From contig CM121342.1 of NCBI GenBank assembly GCA_051530055.1, positions 10,493,480-10,557,479 of the forward strand: a stretch of 64,000 nt of DNA, in the 5' to 3' direction. Shown in pieces: positions 12,993 through 24,300 of the stretch (position 1 is the stretch's first letter; the number at the start of each line of letters is the position of its first letter). The position numbers and the translations under genes are program-made. This DNA is from Neoechinorhynchus agilis. Taxonomy: Eukaryota > Animalia > Acanthocephala. The notes beneath the pieces were generated by a model. The model was not told where the DNA came from, did not search any database, and saw nothing but the letters and a program-made list of their open reading frames with translations.

Positions 12993-13102
12993 GGTGGATG
13001 AACCAAACAGCGGACCTCTTTATTTCAACAAAACTGTTTTTGTACAACACACACTATTTTATGCCCATTTACGCTAGCCCAATCAATAGCATACTTACCA
13101 CA
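12984..13102 (-). repeat. 5' LTR (119 bp)
   Basis: Direct repeat of 8686-8804, followed by TSD GTATG. Confidence 0.95.
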
Positions 13103-14480
13103 GTATGGTAGATGGAAAGTGATTTTGAGTTGAAGAGGACGGGAGTTATCAGAGTTTTTGTTGGAGATGCGCTGAACGGAGACGGGGGAAACAAAAAGAA
13201 AACAGGATTTGGGAAACGGTTGTTGATGGGCAATATTAAGGTGATGAATGTAGTGTTTCTGAAGGTCTAATTTGGATAATGTTATTATTTCGGAGATACC
13301 TGAGGGGAGGATGTTATGTGTAGCTCCGTAGTTGGATGAAATATTATGATAGTGTTTGTTGCTGGAGGCCTGTTGCGGTGTTTGTTGAGAAAGATTGCTT
13401 TTGCGGTAGGCATGAGTGGTAGAGGTGCATGGACGTTTTCGAACTAAAGGTCTCGTGGGAAAATGTTTTTTGCGTAAATAGTCAAACAAGGTGGGGAGTT
13501 TTAAGATAGTTTGCTAAGCAGTTCTCAAAGAGTTAGGTGGCGAATTTCGGGAGGGTTGAGAAGTTTTGGAGCAGGTGGAGAGTTTTGGGAATTGTTGGGA
13601 GAGGTGGGGCGAATTCATAGCAACGAGAGATGATGGCCGAGGTGGAGTAGGCCTATCATTACCAAAATGAATCGAAGGGTTGATTGATTTTGATAGTGTT
13701 CCTCATTTTGCTCTTGTTTCTACTCGTTCAGACGTTTCTTCGATCTTTTGTTCAACCGTAGCTTTGTTAGTAGTAACTTCAGCTGAATTCCTTTCGCTTT
13801 TAATAGCGTTACCTTTTATCCCAGTTACAATATCATACTCCTTCACAGTAATTTTAGAATCATTAAGTACTACGGGCTGAATATCCTCTAAGGGTGGTAC
13901 CAAATCCTTAGTAATTTTCGAAATATTCATAGACTTTTGAACACCAATTGCTTCCAATGAATCTTCATTTGAGTTTGGTATACTGATGGCATCTAGGAAA
14001 ACCGTATTCTTCTTTGTGGCCACTCCACTGGTCGATTTCTGTAAACCTATAGCTTTTTCCTAGAATTTCCCTTTGTGACATTTGTCTGCATCTTTGAACC
14101 GTTTGCTTTTTTCCCTTTGCATTTTTTGACTTCGACCAACTGCTCACTTTTAAGAGTTTCAATTTCGAGCAGAATTGCTTTAGCTAATATATCCTTAACT
14201 GTACTCATCGCTTCAATTAATTAATTCTTTAGAGTTTCAGTAAGTCGTTCGGAGCACTTATTTAGTGCAACATCAAGAAGAGCGGAATACTTGGCCGATT
14301 ATCGTTCATTGTTAATTGGTTAAAGGACGTTGACGAGAGAGAAACTTGTATGTGAATTTCAATGGTTTTAGCAGTCAAGAAAACGCACGAATGAAGCATA
14401 ATTCATACAGACATAAAACATCATCGCGCTCTCGATAATGAGCTTCGCTGAGAAAAATCCATTATAGCAAAAATCTACAA
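13103..14480 (-). mobile_element. LINE copy C, 5' part (ORF1-like/UTR)
   Basis: Continues the LINE across the TSD; near-identical to 1072-2450. 5' boundary approximate. Confidence 0.75.
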
Positions 14481-15350
14481 CCGTATGAACACAACACGAA
14501 ACAAATTCTAGACAAAGGTCATCACGGAGAAGTAGAGAGATTAAATGCAATCCTTTCAATTCACGGATATTTATACAACTTCTCACTTCTTTTCCGTCGG
14601 TGTTTTTCACGTATTGTACAAAGCACAAAACAATGCTTCGGAAGGTCTTTATCAAGCATCACAGGATTTAAAAAAATGCTATAGGTTACCCCCAGGCCAC
14701 GCCGGTAAAGCGACTAATTTAATAATAAAACGTTTGAAGCAGTATTTTCTCCTATTCATAATTTGTTAAATAATTGAATCTGAAGAAACATTCAATAATT
14801 TAAGGCCCTGTTTCAGGATTCATTAAGCTTTAAATGTTTTTATCCCTTTATATTCGACGTTCCGCATTCGCGATAATTGATACTGGTGAAAAAATCCGGC
14901 GGTTTTGTACATGCACTATCGTAATGCTGTCCCAATCCCCGGGAAATAAATATTCGTCTAAATGAAACGCCTCGCTTTTAAAAACAATCTAACTTTTAAG
15001 CCCATCGTTTATAGAAATCGGCATAAGGATATTGTGCAACTAAGATGACGAGTTAAATCCAACATATTTTTTCTTCAACAACTGAAATAAGGGTGATTTC
15101 ACATTCTAAAAGTTCATTTGTTGGCTACATGAAAATTGATTATATGAAGCGTCAGTGTAAAGTTTCAACTACTTTTTCTATAATCTTAATCTCGAATTTC
15201 TACCAGTAACTTCTTCGTATTCCTATATTACTATTTCTTGTTACACGTTGCAAATCGAAGCAAAATTAGATCACATTAGGAAAGGGCTCAGTTGGCATCC
15301 TTAAAAGAAATCACAGAACACGCGTTAAATCTAAAATTTTGTTTCGCAAA

Positions 15351-16304
15351 TCACGCATCAAATGTTTGGCCTCGTCCGGAAAACACCTTGAGCATGTCCA
15401 GCGGGATCGGAAATACAATAGTAGAATTATTATCAGCACTTATTGCGTTCAGAGTCTGCAAATACCGAAGTTGAATGGCAGCAGGCGAGGCACCAATAAT
15501 GTCAGCCGCTTCCTTTAGGGCACTAGACGCTTGTCGTTCACCCTCCGCTGCGATTATTTTAGCCTTGGCATCTCGATCAGCTTCTGCTTCGGCAGCCATT
15601 GCTCTTTGCATTTGAGGTGGTAATTTAACATCCGTGATTTCAACCCTCTCGATTTTAAGACCCCATTGATCAGTAACGACATCTAATCCATGTTGCATTT
15701 CACTTGCAATTCGTTCTCGGCTAGTCAGGAATTCACTAAGGGTGAGATTTGCTACCATATTCCGAAGGGTAGTTGCGGCTAAAACAATCGTAGATGCTCT
15801 GGCATTTTCAACTCTAACAACGCTTAGAATTGGATTAAACACCCGCGAATATAAAACCGCATCTACTCCGATGGTAACGGAATCTTTGGTAAGGACTTCT
15901 TGTGCCGGTATGTTCAAATTAATGGTTCTGAGGTCAACAGTGACAATCGTGTCAAGGAATGGGATTGTAAAGAATAATCCAGGTCCTTTAGCGGTATCTC
16001 CTGATAGTTTTCCAAGTCGAAACAATACTGCTCGCTCGTACTGACGGACAACACGAACTGATATAAAGATAGTTATAGGAAATACACGAGTCGTTCATCG
16101 CTGTGATCTCGGATGAGCGTCTCATTTTAAAAGAATTGAAACGAGTGTTACCAAACCGATTATAATCACTCTGGCAGCCTTCGTAAATGCGCCTGAATCA
16201 TCATTATCATCCATTGGTTCAACAACGTGTGCACCAGCTCCCGTCTCATGCTGTTTGGGCGCATCTACAAATGCATCCATCTCAATTACCTGGTCCTTTT
16301 CCAT
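15351..16304 (-). CDS. STOM: Stomatin / band-7 protein, copy 2; same interruption at 16086-16142
   Basis: Same translation as copy 1 except ISVDNN vs ISADNN. Confidence 0.9.
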
Positions 16305-17572
16305 TTCGTCTAGAAAGTAATCGGATTAAAGATTGCGAGATCATTGCAGCGAAGGGGTAATAAAGATAGTCGATTCGCTGAGGAAGTGCGCATTGCTTCG
16401 AACTTGATACCAATGTATATTTTGACATATAGTTTATGATACAAACGACTTGGGTGTACGTTCGCGGTTTGATCAGATAGGTTATATACTCTAGCTACCC
16501 AGCAAGCGAGTCGACCAACACTAAACATATTTTATCAATAGAAATCCGGGATAAGGTCAAGGATAAGACTTATAGCGAGAACGTGAAGGCATGTGAACGA
16601 ACTATTTAACATATCATTACGCTGAAAACATACATTTGTCACAAGACTACATTTACACTAGAAAATGACTAAGACTTTTCATATTCGTAAGACTTTCCAT
16701 GAGGTTGTTGCTAAACAGTCTGAAGGGCTAAACCGAAAAGATGTTTTTCGACTATTGGAAATTAGCCGAATGAAGTTATGAAGGAAGGCGACATGGAATA
16801 ATTTTAAGACAATGGATACTTGTTGAACCTATAATCTTATCGGGATTTCGTAACAACTATTTATGGTAATGTTGATATGTGAAGAGGTACCGAGGTTAAC
16901 GATTAGAAGTGTTTGTTAGGTATTCACCCCGTATCTCATCGGGTTCATTATAAGTATGACATCGGTTTCCGAAATGTCTTTAATAAAAATATTATTCACC
17001 AGGTAAAGACCTAAACAACACTTTTGATTTATGGTAACTTTTGTGTTAACTTTTTCGTCAAAAGAGAAAAATCCTAAATTTACTGATGACTTCACATGGA
17101 TAACAAGAGAGATATATAGTCGACCGTTGATTTTTTAAGTTGTTTTTCGTTTGCATATAAAGTACAATATTTCCATATTTTGCACATTTAAGAAAGCATA
17201 CCGTCCCGTGCAACATCTTTGGTACATTGTGTCTCATTTCTGTCATTAGTCAACCAAATCACAACTTTTTAAAGATTTAAATTTGAAGTCAATCGCGCCT
17301 GCATTATCTACGAGCATGATCTTGTCGTTTGAAGGAGGTGACTTAGGGCCATAGCTAAGAGCTTTGAGACACGATACCCAGGGCCGTTCACCGCGGAAAT
17401 GATCGACCTGCACTTCAGCAATGACCCGTGGGAACTTCTGACATCTTCTGCGTTTTGATCATTGGGTGCATTACTGGCGCATGCAATGGTCCTCGGATGT
17501 AGGCGTTAAACGCTTTGAATTGGCACCAAACAATCACTTTGCGAAATGCGAAATTCATTTCATTACGGCGTT

Positions 17573-17960
17573 CTTTGCTATCATCCTTCTCAACTCATAA
17601 GTAATCCCACCTCTTAGTAATGTCGACATCATCCCCTCCTCCACACTTCACCCGATCGCAACTAATTCGTCACCCTTGTCACTAACCATCTCACCCGTGC
17701 GAGAAATTCGGTCTTCGTGTTGGATGGCGAACACTTATCCGGCTAATCCCTTCACGGAGCAGCATTAACTTTCAGGGCTGTCGCCCCCTGTTGGTAAGGC
17801 CGCTGGAACCTTTTCGATACTCAAACGGTATTTATTTCTCCACAAATCAGTCGACCTTTCATCTTCGTCTCGATTTCCTTTTTTCTCTAGATCGCAATCC
17901 TGCCCTCTGTTCTTAGCCTCCTTTTGCGTTTTGATGCGCATTTGATACATTAGTCATGTC
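17573..17960 (-). mobile_element. Possible retroelement fragment at the duplication breakpoint
   Basis: Abrupt switch to GC-richer, minus-strand purine-rich sequence with a broken charged ORF; no diagnostic motif. Confidence 0.3.
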
Positions 17961-19226
17961 ACATATACTTGAAGCTTCAACTTATCATCATTCGTTAGGT
18001 CTTTTCGCCGGTGCGGCATTGATTGACTTTTTCAACCGCATGTTATCGCGGTTCAAAACAAATTTAGTTTTGACCGATACTTCGGAGTACTGAGCGGGGC
18101 AATCGTAGGGAGAAGACAACAAACGTGCGACGCGTTATTGTGCTTAAATCAAAGGGATGAGTTAACTATCTTTGTTCTATGGATGTGTTTTTCAGGGCCC
18201 TGAAGAAAGAGCAAAACTCCGGAAAATCAGTCTAAAATAAACATTTGTTTCAACCTAGTATAGTGCTCAAATAAGCGCAATCGAAGAAATAATATGCGGC
18301 TGAGAAGTCAATCGACAATTTACCAGCTAAACATCTAAGCAGAAATTTTTTAAATGAATTCAGATTAATATTCAGTGCCCTGATGTGATTTTTCTTCGAT
18401 TTTTCCAAGAAAGTCGACAAAATTGACGCCTCTTTGACAACCATCATTCGGGACAACTAGCGTCAAACATCACAGATTCTTAAACTGTTTATTTAAATGA
18501 AAATCTTATTCTGCTATAGTTGTACCGACAATATTCCATAAAAACCGAATGATTTTTTACTCTTGAACCGTAGCTTTGCAGCCCTTAACATAATGCTTCA
18601 CGCTACTTATCCATAATTTTAAATACTATCGATCCCGACTTGCTGGGAAGCGGTGAGCAAAAACCTCAATACGGTAGAATTCGTTTTGGATTCGTGTAAC
18701 TTAGCAATCTCATAAAGTCAACACGATCTTTTCATTATGTACAATGTTGTCTAATGACCACCCTAAATCAATTTCAATTCTTTGAAGGCTTGAAAGCCAA
18801 GAAAAGGCAATTCTATTTTTTATATGTCAGCAATAATGGTGAAAAAGCAGAATGTAGTTTGCCATCGGGCAAAATATTTAAATCAAATTTGAAATACAAC
18901 TTCTTAGCAAGAAGCTCACGCTGGAACGATAGCCTATAGTATTGAACCAATAGGCGCAATGGCCAATTTTCTACCCATATTGAATTTTGGGAATGAAAAT
19001 GACGAATCAGGTTTCTATGAATCGTTCATCTCAAACTGTTAAAAGGATTATCTTTAAGAAAGATGAACTTTTGTGAAATGTATCCGATGAGTGAAAAAAG
19101 TAAACGGTTCGCCCCAACTGTTTTTCAAAAAAGATGTGCTCTATAACTAGGACAAACAAATTTCTTATTTTGAAACTAAGTTATGAACTTGTTCAATTAT
19201 CAAGAGGCTCCCTATCATCACTGAGA

Positions 19227-19961
19227 TTACAAACTTTTTCCTGTATCCAAATCGCATCGTATTTTCATCCACCAAATCCCTCCATTTTGACAAAGCCTTC
19301 GTTTGTAAGAAAGCACGCGGTGATCATTACTTTCTTGTAAAACTTGCTCGGGATATCTTTCTCCTAAGTAACCAATCTTAGGCAAATATAATTCTGGGTT
19401 CTGATCGCCTTGGTCCACAGCGCACAAAAAATCATGGTGTGAATATCTGTACCTTTGTCCTTTTCTTGGTTCAGTTTGAACTCCCGTGTTTACTAAGGGC
19501 AAAACTTCAAAGTTTATCGTGCTGTTTCGAATATCTGCCAAGCAATTTCGTGCCTTTGTTGCTTCCCGATCTTCACCTCTCACGTCAGATCGCTGTTTTG
19601 CATTCAAAACCTTTTCGGTCAATATAGGATCCGATGCACACCGATTTTGCTCCAAAATCAATGGTTTAACACTTTCCAGAAACTCCTCAATCTCAGGCAG
19701 ATCTCGATTGCAAGAAACTTCTATTGCTTCTTTGCATGCACTGTAGATTGAGAACATAGCTTCCCGAAACTCTTTGTTATGAATGCGCTCAAAATAGTTG
19801 ACCTTTGGGGGCTCCGAGTTTGACTCCTTATCGACCATGCTAGTGCTATATCTATAGTGAGGGATATTGCGGCTTAAGGAATTCAAGTAATGAACAAGAT
19901 GGGTATGTTTCCTTAAAGAGACGAATCGATAAGCGAAACTAAAATACTGTGCAAAGAGCAT
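19227..19961 (-). CDS. Hypothetical protein (orphan), possible mitochondrial presequence
   Basis: Long open frame (265 codons from 20024; ATG at 19961); N-terminus basic/hydroxylated and acid-free; no family motif recognised. Confidence 0.55.
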   Translation of the reverse strand: MLFAQYFSFAYRFVSLRKHTHLVHYLNSLSRNIPHYRYSTSMVDKESNSEPPKVNYFERIHNKEFREAMFSIYSACKEAIEVSCNRDLPEIEEFLESVKPLILEQNRCASDPILTEKVLNAKQRSDVRGEDREATKARNCLADIRNSTINFEVLPLVNTGVQTEPRKGQRYRYSHHDFLCAVDQGDQNPELYLPKIGYLGERYPEQVLQESNDHRVLSYKRRLCQNGGIWWMKIRCDLDTGKSL

Positions 19962-20349
19962 CCACACTAAAGTTATCTTCACTACAACAAACGTACAGAT
20001 TCCGTTATCCACGCTCAAGTGCATTAACCGTTGAAATCAATAAAAAGCTGCACATTCTATTTATAGGTCAGAGCGTGGGATTCGCTACGATCGAAACCAA
20101 ATTCAAAAATTTTGCTTTTAGAACAGCAAAGGCAGATCGCATTTTTATATTTTGGCTAACTAAACTAACACTCAATGTTTAACAAGGGTTTGCCCTTTCA
20201 AACATCTTTTTGAAGATTCAAACCGGTTACGTTAGACAATTCAAGACAACAATGTGCATTGGAAATTGGAAAGCAAATGAACACACTTAGGTTTCCTCTC
20301 GTAAATCCACCTAAATTCCGCAATACATAATATCCGTCCGATAAATCGA

Positions 20350-20440
20350 GTGGGGAAATGCAGTATCCGTCTTTTAGGCCATTACACCAGGACGGCAGCT
20401 GAGTGATCTAGTGCGGTGGGGTAAATGTTTGTAAACTTTT
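20350..20440 (+). mobile_element. Short 3' remnant of the CRE-type retroelement family
   Basis: ccattacaccaggacggcagctgagtgat is shared with ~30955-30985 and ~25515-25545. Confidence 0.6.
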
Positions 20441-20863
20441 TGCTTTAAAAAGTATTAGCGTCTTTGAGAAAAATGCGAAATTCTAAAACAACAACAAGAT
20501 CCATTCCGATTTTCGGATCAGTAACACCGTTTTCCTACATTACGGAGATTCGTCATTCAGTATAATAAAACTTCGGCACATTCACAGAAGTCTGTTCAAA
20601 AATAGTGTTTTTGATGATAAACGATTTGACGTGAACACAAACTTATTAATCTTAAGTTATGTTAAATATAATTTGCACCAAGATTCCCAAAATAAATAGT
20701 TATTAAATTAAGCATTCTCAAAAAATCTAAAGTAAAAATGATACCGGAAGCTACTAAACTCATTGAATCCTTTACTGCTCACATATTTTGAAAAAATAAT
20801 ATAACATTCTTTCAAAGGTCTCTTCAATAATGGATAATTCGAGAAGAAAAGATATTCGTTTGT

Positions 20864-21286
20864 CTATTGATCGAGCATATGATCCCATTTTTCATGGTCC
20901 GCTTTTTCTTTTCTGACTGAATCTATAAATGTGGACAAATAAGGGATATCATCATCTTCTGTGAGTTGTTTATCCTTGTCTAAAAGGATTCCTTTTAAAT
21001 GTAGATCAATAGCCCGACTCATTCGGTGTTCTCTTTCATAGAACATATCAGGTTCATCCCATCGCATTCTATCCAGCGCTTTTTCGATTTCGTCGAAGGG
21101 ATAAACGGCGTCATCTCTCATCAAACCATACTCACGAAGTCGATAATTATCGAAGAGTGGGTGAAGAGCACGTTTGATTGGGTGCCATTCTGCAACTGGC
21201 TTCTTGCATGGCCAACCGAATGTTCTAATCGCGTACTCATACGTAGCTTTGCCGATAATATCAATCCTTTTGCTCATAGCACTCAT
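20864..21286 (-). CDS. UQCRB: Cytochrome b-c1 complex subunit 7 with ~35 aa N-terminal extension
   Basis: YGLMRDD...EKALDRM...YEREHRMSRAIDL...EDDDIPYLSTFIDSVRKE...W pattern of QCR7; TTTCAG acceptor 1 nt upstream of the ATG. Confidence 0.85.
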   Translation of the reverse strand: MSAMSKRIDIIGKATYEYAIRTFGWPCKKPVAEWHPIKRALHPLFDNYRLREYGLMRDDAVYPFDEIEKALDRMRWDEPDMFYEREHRMSRAIDLHLKGILLDKDKQLTEDDDIPYLSTFIDSVRKEKADHEKWDHMLDQ

Positions 21287-21338
21287 CCTGAAATCTAGAA
21301 AGTGAATAAAAAACGTAATGGAGGTTTAAACATCAAAA

Positions 21339-24300
21339 TTACACTCCACTCTTATTCTCAATCGCATTAACAAGAAAATCTCTCGCGGTGGATAGTCCTC
21401 TGTCAAGTACCAAAACTGCCAAAAACGATTCAAACATATCTGCTCGCATTTTTTCATCCACGTCGTCCGAGAAGCTTTTTAATGATGGGATCCCAAGTAC
21501 ACGCGAAGCCATAAGATGAACAGTTTTTGCCAATATTCTCAATCCAGTCGTTTCAAAAAGACGTGCTTGGTATGAATTCGATACGAGTTCAGCTCGCATT
21601 GTTGACAAACATCCTTCATGATGATATGGGAATTTTTGGAATAAGTAGTGACTTATAATCAGTTTCATCACAGAGTCGCCGAGAAATTCCAGGCGTTGGT
21701 TGTCGCCCATTGTCAGTTTGTTCGAACCCATTTTATCGGTGCGGCAAAACGCTTTATAGAGTGCGATCAACAAATCAATCTCGATTGAAAGCACGATCCA
21801 ACCTTTAAAAAATTACATAAAAATTAAAAGAAACGTGGTGAAGGTATGAAATCCTTTTTCAGTGAAAGGGATTGGTCTCATTTGAATGTTGATGCAATTA
21901 CGGAAATCGTTAGCTATTTAAACGTATTAGAAAATAAACAATACTATCAATAATAATTTTTAAGTGAGATTAGATTTTAATTTTGAGCAATTTTAGGCTA
22001 CATCGTGAAATTCAGTGTACATGGAGGAACTTGTTTCAGCAAATAAATTTTCAAAGTCGAGAATATTCTTTAATTTTTGATTATTGCTAAAATTAAAAAC
22101 AAATATAACAATTAATTGCAACTTATTTCTCATTTCCTCTTAAATTATCCGACGCAATGTTTTACTAATTAATTTCTGTAAAAGTCAAACCACGGCAAAA
22201 AGATTAAGATGGATTTAAAAGACGTGGATAAAGCCGGGTAAGATCATAAAATCTGGAATATGTTATTGATTTAAGCAAAAAACAATTCAGTAGCCGGTTT
22301 ATATGATAGCACTTTTACAAAGTAGAGGAACAGATCCAATGCGTATGCCAACGGATTTCTCAACAATGTTTGCCATTTCACCTAAAATTGGGTACATCGA
22401 TGTGTCTATAGTTCGAGTTTGTAAAGGATCCAATGGAAGCTGATGATACTTTTCGACTAAGGAAGCCGGGAAAAACAACCTACCGATCAATCTGTCAATC
22501 AATTGGAGGTCCTCACCACCAGCGTCCACGAAAATAGCCGCGATCACTGATTCGAGGCAATCTGCAGCAATGGAGTGTATACACTCATCTTTTTTATAAA
22601 GTTCCAATGATTCGCGTAGCCATATCGGTCATTCCGCATATGACCCACGGTGGAATTACCGATATTTTTACAAGAATAAAATGTTCAATCATTAGATTTT
22701 GTATGCTTACTTTTGCGAGGAACGCATTCTGAACAAGAGCAGACCTGACGACGCTCAGACTTCCTTCTTTAAGATTAGGGAAAAGGAGATAAATGTGAAG
22801 ACTAATGAGGTATTCGATTATTGCGTCACCAAGATGTTCAAGTCTCTCGTAATTTGCACATCCAGACAATACCAGTTTTCGTGAAAAAAGCTCATTTTCG
22901 CATGGTTGACTATTAAAATCAATCTTTGTATTCGTGACGATGCTCATCATTTTCGATTTGCTTACCCTTTCTTCAACGAGGTTGCCATGTTGAGGACGTG
23001 CAAGCCCGCAATGGCACAGAGTGTCGTTTAGTGTGTCAGAACCGAGAAATCCGTTCGAGCAAGATGGATGAGTAAGTGCTAGTTGGAGTAATAATGGATT
23101 TTTAAACCGATATTCAATGAGATCTTCTAATCGGCGAGCATTTCTGAAGAATCGGATTTGAGATAGGATGGTTGGAATAAGCGCAAATGCTTGAACTACA
23201 TCGACATTGAGTCCAGTTGGAATTAAAGATTCGTCAAACTGAAAACGTTCAAAATTGTCACGGATCTTAGAATTTGCTTTGTTCATATGAATGATCATAG
23301 AACAGTTTAGATGATCAACGCGAATACCAAATGGTGACCGATTTTCACTTAGGATCACAATTGATTGCTCATGGATTGAACGAAGAAGTCGCGTGGAATT
23401 AAGAATGTGTCTGAGGATTTCAGCAGAAGACAAAATCTTGCAATTTTCAGATAAAAATAACGGAAACACGTAAACCTGATCGATAAGGTCATCAAGGAGG
23501 AACATTCGCAGCAGTCGATTTCCAACAAATTCTTCAATGAGTTCAAGCTCGACCTTTCCGTGATATACAAGACCAGACTCAAGAAAGTTATCATCATTAA
23601 ATACCATCACGTTATTACAAATTGAAGCCACGGAACCGTTCCAAGGTTCGAGCCATATACGGTACACAATATCGACGTAGAACCGTTCCTTCTTAATTTT
23701 CTTCCAAAACGAAACTCAAATCTAATGTCGGCCATTATTCAAATGATGGATAACTTTTAAACATTATCCACCAAAGAAATATGATCGAAAATCGACTTGA
23801 TTAAAAAGTCCGATGTGGCTAAAGGAGTTTGCAAAAAAAGCCGAGAGAATAGATGGGTTTTTCACTGAGCCCTAAAAAGTTAATATACCTCATTTCGTCC
23901 TTTATGAAGCAGAACAATATTATTTGAAAAACAAGGATTATTTCGATATAGGAGGGTGAATTTACTCGAGCCAAAAAGTCGCCGTAAGCTCATCTATGGC
24001 ATTTTACAGTGCAACAGGATATTCCCGTCTTTATCAAATTTCCATGCGCAAAATTGAGAAGACCAATAAACGAACGACTCCACGTATTGCTTTTATTGTA
24101 AAGAGTAAAATAAGACTGAATTTGATTAAGTCGTTCTCTTGAAAACAGACAAATTTTTCCTGAGAATCGATACAGTTCATTGTCACATATAATATCCGTG
24201 TGATGGCATTCCAATCGAAAATTCGTTTCGGGTTCAACATTTAACAAATATACAAAGTGATCGTAGCAACAACTCGTATTGAAGTTGTTTGAACGGCTAT

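Larger units (their letters stand above)
8686..13102 (-). mobile_element. Ty3/Gypsy LTR retrotransposon (Mag-like), 4,417 bp, inserted in LINE copy C
   Basis: 119 bp LTRs (TG...CA) at 8686-8804 and 12984-13102; 5 bp TSD GTATG (8681-8685, 13103-13107); PBS, PPT, gag with tandem CCHC knuckles, PR-RT-RH-IN order. Confidence 0.97.
13103..17572 (+). repeat. Segmental duplication, copy 2
   Basis: Near-identical to 1072-5541. Confidence 0.95.
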
